DNA of 64,000 nucleotides from Candidatus Micrarchaeota archaeon (GTDB lineage: Archaea; Micrarchaeota; Micrarchaeia; Anstonellales; J096). The notes below the pieces were generated by a model. The model saw only the letters and a list, made by a program, of their open reading frames with translations. It was not told the DNA's origin and made no database searches. Each line of letters begins with the position of its first letter. Within the stretch, counting starts at the first letter, position 1. A program made the position numbers and the translations under genes. Shown here one piece after another: positions 55,514 through 64,000 of this stretch. The DNA lies in the NCBI GenBank assembly GCA_015523325.1, contig WAKO01000003.1, forward strand, positions 77 through 64,076, in the 5' to 3' direction.

Positions 55514-56902
55514 TCATACTTCAACGGCATTTGTAACTTCTTTAATTTTCCTCCTTTTTAGTTTCCCTTCTTTTCCAACTTCCTTTTCCAAAATACTTCC
55601 CTTTTCCTCATCAATACCTTCAATTACTTCAATCACTTCTCTATATGAAGGTTCTTTTAATCTATCTTCAACTTCTTCTCTTTTGCATGATATCAATCTT
55701 CTATATCCTGCTTCTATATAATTAGCTATTTTCTCTATTATTAACTCAAATACCCCTCCAGTGTTAGGATTTACTCTTCCTTCATCTCCTTCTACAAAAT
55801 AAATTGTTTCTATTCTTTCCTTTACCCCATCAAATAGGTTTGAGATTATTGTTTCTAGTGAGTAATAATCCTCATTTCCATTCTCTTCAACATTTTCCAA
55901 GAATTCTTTTATGAATTTCCTTTCTTCTCTCCTTTCATTTAATACATACCCTTCTTTTCTATTCAGCTCTTCCTCTAATATTTTGCTCATGTTCCATAAA
56001 TGAGAGAGCAGAATCAAAGGATATTTTAGGGAAATAAATTCTGCTTTTTCTACAATTTCTAAGAATTCCTTAAGCTTTACTCTAGCTGTAGTTTCTTCTT
56101 CAAAGCCTTCTACTATTAAAGACCTATTTTTTATACGAACTTTTTTTCCTTTATCCTCTAAGCTATACCAAGAGGGGCTGTTATAGTAACCATTATAATT
56201 AAAGAACACTGGAATATAATTGTTGCTTTTCATTGTTATTTTTTCATGAATCCTTTTTACCTTATTTTTGAAACGCTTTGGTTCATTAGTGAGTAGGGGA
56301 AAAATTACATCTAAAACATTTTCCTTATTTATTATGCTTGGAGAAGGGGCCTCTACAAAATTTACTCTTGGAACTTCTACTTTTTTATTATAGTTAATAA
56401 CATACTCTATAAGCCTGTACGAGGCTTCCCTATCAAAAACCCTCATTGGAGTTCCAGGAGGAATTTGTGAGTAAATCTCCCAACCATCTCCTAAATTTTC
56501 ATTCAATCCCATAAAAACTTCAAGTTGATGGGAAACCAATTCTGAATTCTTTATTCCTTTTCCTCTAGCGCCTTCTTGTATATCTCTTTTAATTGGCATT
56601 ACTTTTTTCCACTCTTCAAATATTTCATTACATTTCTTTTTTTTGTTTTTACTTAAAAACTCTACAAAGCTTGAAGGAAGATTATACTCATAGGTTGAAA
56701 CTAAACTATCAATTACTGGGATTATAATAACTTCTTTTCTAGCTTCTTTTAATTTTGAATAAAGAAGAGAGGAATGTATTAGGTTTAATGCTGGAGAATC
56801 AATAAAGACTCTTTCTTTTTCTTCATATTTATATTTAAATAGGCTCCATGCTCCTCTTCCTTCACATATTATGACATTAACCTTATTTGTTCTTTGTTTC
56901 AT
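55514..56902 (-). CDS. Hypothetical protein with weak resemblance to Csx1-type CARF-HEPN proteins
   Basis: 462-aa ORF; see findings for the motif comparison. The CDS itself is solid; the family assignment is tentative. Confidence 0.5.
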   Translation of the reverse strand: MKQRTNKVNVIICEGRGAWSLFKYKYEEKERVFIDSPALNLIHSSLLYSKLKEARKEVIIIPVIDSLVSTYEYNLPSSFVEFLSKNKKKKCNEIFEEWKKVMPIKRDIQEGARGKGIKNSELVSHQLEVFMGLNENLGDGWEIYSQIPPGTPMRVFDREASYRLIEYVINYNKKVEVPRVNFVEAPSPSIINKENVLDVIFPLLTNEPKRFKNKVKRIHEKITMKSNNYIPVFFNYNGYYNSPSWYSLEDKGKKVRIKNRSLIVEGFEEETTARVKLKEFLEIVEKAEFISLKYPLILLSHLWNMSKILEEELNRKEGYVLNERREERKFIKEFLENVEENGNEDYYSLETIISNLFDGVKERIETIYFVEGDEGRVNPNTGGVFELIIEKIANYIEAGYRRLISCKREEVEDRLKEPSYREVIEVIEGIDEEKGSILEKEVGKEGKLKRRKIKEVTNAVEV

Positions 56903-57082
56903 AAAACTAATGAAGGGAATAGAAAATAATTTAAATTTTATTAACGTTATTTAAGTTTTATTAGTCTTGCTTTTATTTAATTTTTTATCTACTTTCCAAT
57001 TGGACTTTGGATTTTGGGTTTAAACAATTAACGCACTTCCTTGGAGGAGGTTTTTAAACTAATTCCTTGTATGCTTTTGGCT

Positions 57083-58246
57083 ATGAGAAGAGTTGCTATA
57101 ATAGGGGTTGGAATAACAAAATTTGGAGAACATTGGGAAAAAGGATTGAGGGATCTTGCTTTAGAAGCTGGAATAAAAGCTTTGGAAGATGCAAAAATTT
57201 CTGGAGAGAAAATTGATGCTGGTTATGTTGGAAACATGGCTTCAGGAAGCCTAGCTGGACAAGAACATTTAGGAGCTTTGCTAGGAGATTATCTTGGCTT
57301 AAATCCAATTCCAATAACAAGAGTGGAGGCTGCTTGTGCTTCTGGAGGAGTTGCTCTACTCCAAGCTTATCTTGCTGTTGCTTCTGGAATGCATGATATT
57401 GTTGTTGTTGGCGGAGTAGAGAAGATGACGGATTTGAGCACAGAACAAGTAACTGCAATACTTGGAGGAGCCGGGGATCAGGAGTGGGAACTTTTTCATG
57501 GAGCAACCTTTCCTGCTCTTTATGCTTTGATGGCAAGAGCTTACATGAATAAATTTAAGGCTAGAGAGGAGGATTTGGCTAGAGTTGCTGTAAAAAATCA
57601 TAAGCATGCTTCACTTGTCCCTTATGCCCAATTCCCTAAACCAATAACTATTGAGACTGTTATGAACTCAAAATACATTGCTTCCCCTCTGAAGGTTTTT
57701 GACTCCTCCCCAATTACTGATGGGGCTAGTGCATTGGTTTTAGCTCCTTTGGAAATTGCTGAAAGCTACACCAACAAAGTTGTTGAAATAAAAGCAATTG
57801 AACAAGCTAGTGATACAATAGCCCTACATGATAGGAGCTCTTTGGTTGAGATAAATTCCACAAAAGTTGCAAGCAAAAAAGCCTATAAGAAAGCAGGACT
57901 TTCCCCTAAATCCATTGATGTGGCAGAAGTGCATGATTGCTTTACAATAGCTGAATTACTAGCCATAGAGGATTTAGGATTCTTTAAAAAAGGAGAGGGC
58001 TTTAAGGCTGTGGGAGAAGGAAAAACAACATTTGGAGGAGATATTGTAATAAACACTAGTGGTGGTCTAAAGGCAGCTGGCCATCCTGTTGGGGCTACTG
58101 GAATAAAGCAGGCTTATGAAATAACCCTCCAATTAAGAGGAGAAGCTGGAAAAAGACAGGTTAAAAATGCACAGATTGGTTTAACTCATAATGTAGGAGG
58201 TTCTGGAGCCACAGCAGTTGTTGGAATCTATGAGAGAGTTTCTTAG
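57083..58246 (+). CDS. Acetyl-CoA acetyltransferase (archaeal thiolase)
   Basis: EAACASGG, GVEKM, AEVHDCF, GHPVGATG and HNVGG motifs. Confidence 0.95.
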   Translation: MRRVAIIGVGITKFGEHWEKGLRDLALEAGIKALEDAKISGEKIDAGYVGNMASGSLAGQEHLGALLGDYLGLNPIPITRVEAACASGGVALLQAYLAVASGMHDIVVVGGVEKMTDLSTEQVTAILGGAGDQEWELFHGATFPALYALMARAYMNKFKAREEDLARVAVKNHKHASLVPYAQFPKPITIETVMNSKYIASPLKVFDSSPITDGASALVLAPLEIAESYTNKVVEIKAIEQASDTIALHDRSSLVEINSTKVASKKAYKKAGLSPKSIDVAEVHDCFTIAELLAIEDLGFFKKGEGFKAVGEGKTTFGGDIVINTSGGLKAAGHPVGATGIKQAYEITLQLRGEAGKRQVKNAQIGLTHNVGGSGATAVVGIYERVS

Positions 58247-58260
58247 GTTACTTAAATTCC

Positions 58261-58731
58261 TTAATGTTGGCTCTTTTGAATTTCTTTAAGTGTCTTTAGA
58301 ACTTCTTCAGCATGCCCCTCTGCCTTAACATTTCTCCACTCCTTAACTACTTCTCCCTCTGGGTTTATAAGAAAAGTGCTCCTAATAATTCCCTCAAACT
58401 CTTTTCCATAAAGCTTTTTCTTTCCCCAAACTCCAAACTTATTTATCACTTCTTTATTTGGATCGCTCAATAAAATTACTTTCAATCCATGCTTCAAGTA
58501 AAATTTTTTGTGGGACTCACAGCTATCTGCATTAACTCCAATAACAACAGCATTTAGCTTTTCAAATTCATTTATTATGGAGCTGAACTCTATGGCTTCC
58601 TTAGTACATCCCGGCGTATCATCATGAGGGTAAAAGTAAAGAACAACCCATTTCCCTCTAAACTCTGATAAGCATCTTTCCTTATTTTCCTGGTCTTTTA
58701 AGCAAAATTCCACTTTTTCACCTCCTAGCAA
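58261..58731 (-). CDS. bcp: Peroxiredoxin Q / Bcp
   Basis: VVLYFYP..DTPGCTKEA and RSTFLI motifs. Confidence 0.93.
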   Translation of the reverse strand: MLGGEKVEFCLKDQENKERCLSEFRGKWVVLYFYPHDDTPGCTKEAIEFSSIINEFEKLNAVVIGVNADSCESHKKFYLKHGLKVILLSDPNKEVINKFGVWGKKKLYGKEFEGIIRSTFLINPEGEVVKEWRNVKAEGHAEEVLKTLKEIQKSQH

Positions 58732-58975
58732 TTTTTTTGATTTTATTTGATTGGATTACTAATAGGGATAGCTTGTGTAAACACACTAACCACTAGATAG
58801 TTTTTAAACTTTTGTTACTGAATTTAGTGGATTACTTTTATAAATTTAGGATTTAAAACCTAGGTGTTATGAGTAATGAGATTGAAGAAGGAAAAAGTTA
58901 TCTAATAGTTCTTTTCAATAACTTAATCTTATATTCCAAATTTACTATAGAATAAGGGATTATAAAAAATAAGAT

Positions 58976-59076
58976 TGGGCCCGGTGGGATTTGAACCCAC
59001 GACCTACGGCTATCTTAGAATCCATTAGAGCGGGTCTTATAAGACCGTCGCTCTAACCTGGCTGAGCTACGGGCCC
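58976..59076 (-). tRNA. tRNA-Ile(UAU) with a 26-nt intron at 37/38 (intron 59012-59037)
   Basis: GGGCCCG/CGGGCCC-A acceptor, GCTC/GAGC D stem, ACGGT-CT TAT A[intron]A-GCCGT, GTGGG-TTCAAAT-CCCAC T arm; perfect 4-bp BHB helix CUUA/UAAG. Confidence 0.93.
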
Positions 59077-59256
59077 TTTATACACAAATTAACATTTAGG
59101 TAAAATTTAAAAACACTCCTCTTATGGGCTAGGTTTAGCACTCTTTTTGTTATCTCTTAATAATTCTCTTAATAATTTTAGGAGGTTTTAAATACTTTAG
59201 CACTCTCATAGCTAGCTTATACTAGTTTATAGTTTTTGGTTTTATGAGGTGTTAAA

Positions 59257-60579
59257 ATGAAAGAAAAATTAGAACACATAAAGTTTGATGTTAAAAATAA
59301 GAGATTTATTTCTGAAGGAAAAGGAGAGCTCCTAAGGAAAGTTAAACCTCAAATATTTGAAGAAGGTTTAATTAGGATAGATAACTTTAGAGACTCCTTG
59401 GTTAAAATAAACAATAGAGTAAATAACCAACTAAAGGGTTTATCTCACAAAAACACAAGGGAGTTGGCACTTTTTTTAGCTTTTCTGAATGTTGAGACCT
59501 CAACAGATATTTCTTTGGTTTTCAATGATGGCAGGAATGGAAAGAATATAAGCAAAGAACTTTATCCATACTCGACCATAACTTTCTCTTCTGTTGATGA
59601 GCTAGTTTTAGTTTTGTTAAACCCTTACTTAAACAAAAGGGTTAGAAATGTCTTATTTTTACAACCAGGAAATCTAGAATCCCCAAACCCTGATTTATCA
59701 TTTATGGTGTTAAAAAGAAACGAGTTTTTGAATAGATTTTATAGGATGGGATTTAGAGTTGAAGGTCCAATTCTATTTTTAGATAAAAGAAAAGTTCCTT
59801 TCTTTTCAGGAGTTTTAGCTAAAGGAGAGATTTTTATTGTTGATGAAAAAGAGCTCTACCCATTAAATAATAAGGATTTAAATCTCTATTTTAAAGAAAC
59901 TAGGAAGAGCTTTCTCCTCCTCCAACAGCTTAGAAGGTTTAAAGTTAGAAAGCTGAGTTGTGCAGAGTGTTTTTCCTCCCATTCTCTACTTTCAACCACT
60001 TTTTTTGGTTATCCTGATAAAGAGCTTTTAAGAGAGTTCCTAAAACAAGATTTTTCAATAGGGATTGTGGAATTTCATTACCCTTGCAATTTTATTAGAA
60101 CCTCTTTAGATTTTCATGAGATGTTCTTTAAGATTAGGGATAGTTCAGTAATGAAGGCTATTCTCTCTCAACTTTCATCTTTTTTAAGAGGAGGACTAAT
60201 AGCACTCCATAATTCTTATTTTGATTCAACTTCCTTAAAAACAGATAATCCTCTATTCTTGAGAACATTTAGAGACAACCCTGTTGAGTATCAACCACTG
60301 CTTAGAGCTCTGTTAAATAAGGGGTTGTTAAAGGTAGGAAAGCTAAAGAACTTTAATGGAGGAAAAGAAGCAATATTTTTTGAGGAGGCTGAGGAGGTTC
60401 TAAAAACAACTATTAAATGCCTAACCAGAGAGGAAATGGAGTTAGCTGTTATGGAGAGAATTGCTTTTAAAACTGCTTTGATTTTGAAGGAGCTACTAAA
60501 TGAGCTGCTTGAAGAGGGTCATTTATATCTAAAGGAGAGAGAGTTATTTATCTTAGTTAGAGGGTGTGAAAAAGAATGA
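59257..60579 (+). CDS. Hypothetical protein
   Basis: GAGGTG RBS; 440-aa ORF with no recognised motif. Confidence 0.75.
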   Translation: MKEKLEHIKFDVKNKRFISEGKGELLRKVKPQIFEEGLIRIDNFRDSLVKINNRVNNQLKGLSHKNTRELALFLAFLNVETSTDISLVFNDGRNGKNISKELYPYSTITFSSVDELVLVLLNPYLNKRVRNVLFLQPGNLESPNPDLSFMVLKRNEFLNRFYRMGFRVEGPILFLDKRKVPFFSGVLAKGEIFIVDEKELYPLNNKDLNLYFKETRKSFLLLQQLRRFKVRKLSCAECFSSHSLLSTTFFGYPDKELLREFLKQDFSIGIVEFHYPCNFIRTSLDFHEMFFKIRDSSVMKAILSQLSSFLRGGLIALHNSYFDSTSLKTDNPLFLRTFRDNPVEYQPLLRALLNKGLLKVGKLKNFNGGKEAIFFEEAEEVLKTTIKCLTREEMELAVMERIAFKTALILKELLNELLEEGHLYLKERELFILVRGCEKE

Positions 60580-60651
60580 GATTTAAAGCTAGTTTTTTAG
60601 ATGGTTCCCCTCTTAGTATGGATTTTTAAAAAATGAAGTAGTTTATAAGGC

Positions 60652-61488
60652 GTGGGAGACTCTGTGGAAAAATCTAAGAGCAAAAAAAGAGGAGGAACAA
60701 TTTTATCTATCACTTTTGATGGCAAAAGAACAACTCTCGTGTTAAAAGGAAAATTTCTGGCTTTTGAGCTAGGGGATTTATTTATTTTGGTAAGAAAGGG
60801 CAGTGGTTCTCTAAGATTAATTGCTCCATTAGAAAATAAAGAAAGTAGAAAAGAAAAAAGAGAGGAAGAAGTTATTTTTCAAGGAGAAGGAAAAACACAG
60901 CAAACTTCTAAAAGAGCAGGTAAGCCTTACCCTTCCGAGAGCTTGGAGGATTTGGAGGAAAAAGAGTTTGATGTGCTAAACAAGGTTTCTTTAATTCCTT
61001 TTTCGAGAAGAGATTTAAGAAGCGTTTTACTAGAACTTTCTTCAGAAGAGAGAAAAATACTGAAAAGCTTAGCTTCTAGAGGTTTTTTTAAGTTATATGA
61101 AAAAGATGGGAAAATATTCCTTTCTTTTGATGAAAGAGTTTATGAGAAACTTAAGGATTTAAGTAAAATAAAGAGGGAAAACAAAAACTTTATTAGTAAT
61201 GATTTCATGATAGTGGCTCCCGCTTTTGTTAAAAAGTATCTTGCAGAAATTGATAATAGCTTTGTGTTTACCATTGATGCAAAAGGAATTTTATTTGCGG
61301 TTAAAAGAGACAGAGCTAAACAGTTGTATAAAAAAGTAACTTCCATCCTTAAAAAAGGAGAGCTTTCTTTGGAGGAGATAGCAGCAAAGCTAAACCTTAA
61401 GAAAGAAGAGGCCCTCGCAGTTTTAAAATTAATGGGAGAAGAAGGTATTATTTATGAACCTTCTCCAAATAGGTATAGCTTAGCTTAA
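60652..61488 (+). CDS. Hypothetical protein with C-terminal winged-helix
   Basis: LSLEEIAAKL...LKLMGEEGIIYEP..RY pattern. Confidence 0.7.
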   Translation: MGDSVEKSKSKKRGGTILSITFDGKRTTLVLKGKFLAFELGDLFILVRKGSGSLRLIAPLENKESRKEKREEEVIFQGEGKTQQTSKRAGKPYPSESLEDLEEKEFDVLNKVSLIPFSRRDLRSVLLELSSEERKILKSLASRGFFKLYEKDGKIFLSFDERVYEKLKDLSKIKRENKNFISNDFMIVAPAFVKKYLAEIDNSFVFTIDAKGILFAVKRDRAKQLYKKVTSILKKGELSLEEIAAKLNLKKEEALAVLKLMGEEGIIYEPSPNRYSLA

Positions 61489-61544
61489 ACCTTAACTTTA
61501 ACTTCTAACAAAGGCTAATGATTCTTGGAAAAAGGAGGGAAGCT

Positions 61545-62597
61545 ATGTTTTTAAGAGACCCAATACATGGTTTGATTTCAATTAGCGAAGAGGAAAAGAA
61601 AATAATAGATTCTCCTGTTTTTCAAAGGCTTAGAAGGATAAAGCAACTTTCTCTGGCTTCTCTAGTATACATTGGAGCAAACCATTCCCGTTTTGAGCAT
61701 AGTTTAGGAGCAATGCATGTTGCTGGTCTTATAGCAAAAACCCTAGGATTGGATGTTCAGCTAGCTAGGATTTCCTCTTTAATTCATGATATAGGCCATG
61801 TTAGCTTTTCCCATACAGGAGAGATAATTCTCGAGAAGTTCTCTTTAAACCATGAGGAATTAGGAAAGAAAATGGTGGAAGAACTTAATATTTATGAGAA
61901 TTACTCAAAAGCTGAGCTATTCAACTCCTTGGAGAGCTTTATATGCTCCTTTTCTTTAGGCAGTGATAGGATCGATTATTTGAAAAGAGATTCTTATTAT
62001 ACTGGGGTTTCATTTGGTGTTTTGGAGGAAGATGTTTTAATAAGGAAAATGAAGCTCTCAAGAAATAAGATAGAAGTAGAGGAGAGTGCTTTAGAGGCTT
62101 TAGAGTCTTTTTTTATAAGTAGGTTTATGATGTTTTTTGCTGTTTATATGCACAAAACAGTTAGAATAGCAACTTCAATGCTTGAGAAGGCTTTGTTGGA
62201 TGCTTTTGAAAGAAATAAGCTAAGCCTTGAAGAACTTATTTGGGATGGAGATGATGTTTTGCTTTATAAATTAAGCAAATCTGGGGGAGAAGCTTCTCAT
62301 CTTTCTCAACTTTTATTGAAGAGAAACCTCTACAAAAAGCTTTGCTATTTGGAGAACAATAAATTTGGGGTTGAAGTTGCGAGAGAACTTGAAAAAGAAG
62401 GAGCCTTAATCTCTTATCCAAAAAAAGTAGAAAAAGCTTATGATGCGTATGTTTCAAATAAATCTGTAGAAGAGGTTAGTGAGCTAATTAGTTCTCTAAA
62501 AAAGGCTGAGGAAAAGAAATCCAAGATTTTAGTTAGTTGTGATGCTAAAGAAATTAAAAAATTTGAGAATTTGCTCTCTAAATTGCTTAGAAGATAA
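61545..62597 (+). CDS. HD-domain phosphohydrolase (SAMHD1/YdhJ-like dNTP triphosphohydrolase family)
   Basis: RDPIHG, FQRLRRIKQL, HSRFEHSLG, HDIGH..FSH, DRIDYLKRD and VYMHKT motifs. Confidence 0.93.
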   Translation: MFLRDPIHGLISISEEEKKIIDSPVFQRLRRIKQLSLASLVYIGANHSRFEHSLGAMHVAGLIAKTLGLDVQLARISSLIHDIGHVSFSHTGEIILEKFSLNHEELGKKMVEELNIYENYSKAELFNSLESFICSFSLGSDRIDYLKRDSYYTGVSFGVLEEDVLIRKMKLSRNKIEVEESALEALESFFISRFMMFFAVYMHKTVRIATSMLEKALLDAFERNKLSLEELIWDGDDVLLYKLSKSGGEASHLSQLLLKRNLYKKLCYLENNKFGVEVARELEKEGALISYPKKVEKAYDAYVSNKSVEEVSELISSLKKAEEKKSKILVSCDAKEIKKFENLLSKLLRR

Positions 62598-62702
62598 TAA
62601 TTAATAATAAAATAATTAAGAGATTGAGAGATAAAGAAAGAAGGAATTTCGCAAGGTTTTTAAACCCCCTCTCTGAAATTCTAGTAGGTTTGAGGTGTTA
62701 GT

Positions 62703-63173
62703 ATGAAGGGACAAGGTTCAGTTGAGTATTTAGTTATCTTTGCAGCGGTATTGATTATAGCGGTTATAATAGTGTTCTTGCTAGGGCAATTCGCAGGGTT
62801 TTCTCAACAAAGCTTGGTTGACCAAAGTATAACTTATTGGTCTGGACAAAAGCCAATAGCAATTAGTGATTGGTCATTCTCAGCATCTGGAAATGATAGG
62901 TTTGTTCTTGTAAATAGGGACATAACAAAGATTGAAGTAGTTTCAATTAACACAAGTGAAGCAAACTACTCAGTTTCAGCAACACTTTCTCCAGGAGACT
63001 CATTTGTATTATCAACAGCAACTACAGTTGCAGATTGTGATGCTGCAGGAGATGTAAACCAACCAGTAGAGCAAGATAACGTAGTTATCTACTACAGGAA
63101 ACCAAGTATAGACCCAACAGAGATGTTTACACAAACAGGAACAGTTCCAATAAGAGGTGTTTGCGCTCCATAA
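62703..63173 (+). CDS. Class III signal peptide protein (archaeal type IV pilin-like)
   Basis: MKG/QGSVEYL followed by a hydrophobic helix; GAGGTG RBS; T-rich terminator follows. Confidence 0.9.
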   Translation: MKGQGSVEYLVIFAAVLIIAVIIVFLLGQFAGFSQQSLVDQSITYWSGQKPIAISDWSFSASGNDRFVLVNRDITKIEVVSINTSEANYSVSATLSPGDSFVLSTATTVADCDAAGDVNQPVEQDNVVIYYRKPSIDPTEMFTQTGTVPIRGVCAP

Positions 63174-63218
63174 ATTTAATCTTTTTTCTTCTTTTTGTTT
63201 CTTTGCTTGAGAGATTTT

Positions 63219-63980
63219 ATGAAGGAGAAATTCTCTGATAGGTTTATTCAGGATTCCTTAAAAAAGGAGGAAGAATCATTAAAAAAGAAGCTTGAGCTCT
63301 ACTTAACTCTTTACAAAGTTGAAAGAAAGCCAAAGGATATTGTTGAACCTGCAAAACCTATGTTTTCTTCTTCTCCAATTAAAATAAAAACACCTGAGTC
63401 TCCAACCCTCTCTTTAGAGCAAAAAGTAAAAGAAGACAAGTTTGATATAGTTTATTTTAATCCTGTCTTAAAGAAAAAGGAAGTTTTGGAGAGTGTTACA
63501 AAGTTATTTTATAATGACATAAGACAAGAAGTGGTAGATTTGACTCTTTCCTTAAGAGAAGCTCCTATCGCCATAACTCATGTTATTTACTCTCCATTAA
63601 TAGAAAAAGTAAAACAAAATAATTTGAAGTTAGAAGAGCTTCAAAAAATTGAGGTTTCTCCTATCTTAAAGGAAAGGGATGAGGTTGTTAAAGAAATAGA
63701 GGAGCAAAGGAAAGCTATTGAAGAGTTATTAGAGGCTTCAAAATATAATTTTGAGGAACAAAAATTTTTTGAGAAGCTTAATAGGCTTCCTCCATTAACA
63801 AAAAAGAGAATAGAGGCTTTGGTTAAAAGAGGTGTGGATAAAAAAATAATTATAACTCTTTTGCTTGCTGAGGAGTATTTCCTTATAAATTTAAGGAACT
63901 TTTTGCTTTCTTTAACCCCAAAATCTATAAGGTCTATTATAAAAAAGATTTTTAAAGGTGGGAAAAATAACTCATTGTAG
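63219..63980 (+). CDS. Hypothetical protein
   Basis: Charged helical ORF downstream of the pilin; a further ATG at 63989 runs off the window. Confidence 0.7.
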   Translation: MKEKFSDRFIQDSLKKEEESLKKKLELYLTLYKVERKPKDIVEPAKPMFSSSPIKIKTPESPTLSLEQKVKEDKFDIVYFNPVLKKKEVLESVTKLFYNDIRQEVVDLTLSLREAPIAITHVIYSPLIEKVKQNNLKLEELQKIEVSPILKERDEVVKEIEEQRKAIEELLEASKYNFEEQKFFEKLNRLPPLTKKRIEALVKRGVDKKIIITLLLAEEYFLINLRNFLLSLTPKSIRSIIKKIFKGGKNNSL

Positions 63981-64000
63981 GTGTTTTTATGAAATTGCAA

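Overview
AT-rich archaeal chromosome window, most consistent with a thermophilic DPANN archaeon, probably Micrarchaeota. This is an inference from compact genes, GC-rich intron-containing tRNAs, a class III signal pilin, a class I CCA-adding enzyme and archaeal lipid enzymes. Most of it is housekeeping: TrpRS, SerRS, IleRS, PheRS-alpha, TopA, enolase, PEP synthase, split class II RNR, GGGP synthase, geranylgeranyl reductase, thiolase, Rio1 and a 2,400-aa surface protein. The first 10 kb is the most unusual part. Two tRNA-Leu genes (GAG; CAA with a 12-nt intron) each carry an identical 92-nt GC-rich structured leader, and a third diverged copy sits in tandem at the first locus. Each locus has a TATA box placed to start transcription at the RNA element. 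Each tRNA is followed by a cluster of membrane-anchored Cys/Met/His-rich metal or redox proteins: a cupredoxin, DUF411, CcdA, a triple thioredoxin, and two proteins ending in LPxMVGGC. Other notable items are a tRNA-Ile(UAU) whose intron is antisense to its own 5' exon, a duplicated-domain protein with a protamine-like tail, and a possible degenerate stand-alone Csx1-like protein. No CRISPR array, transposase, integrase or rRNA was seen. All family assignments are from motif recognition by eye; no database searches were run.
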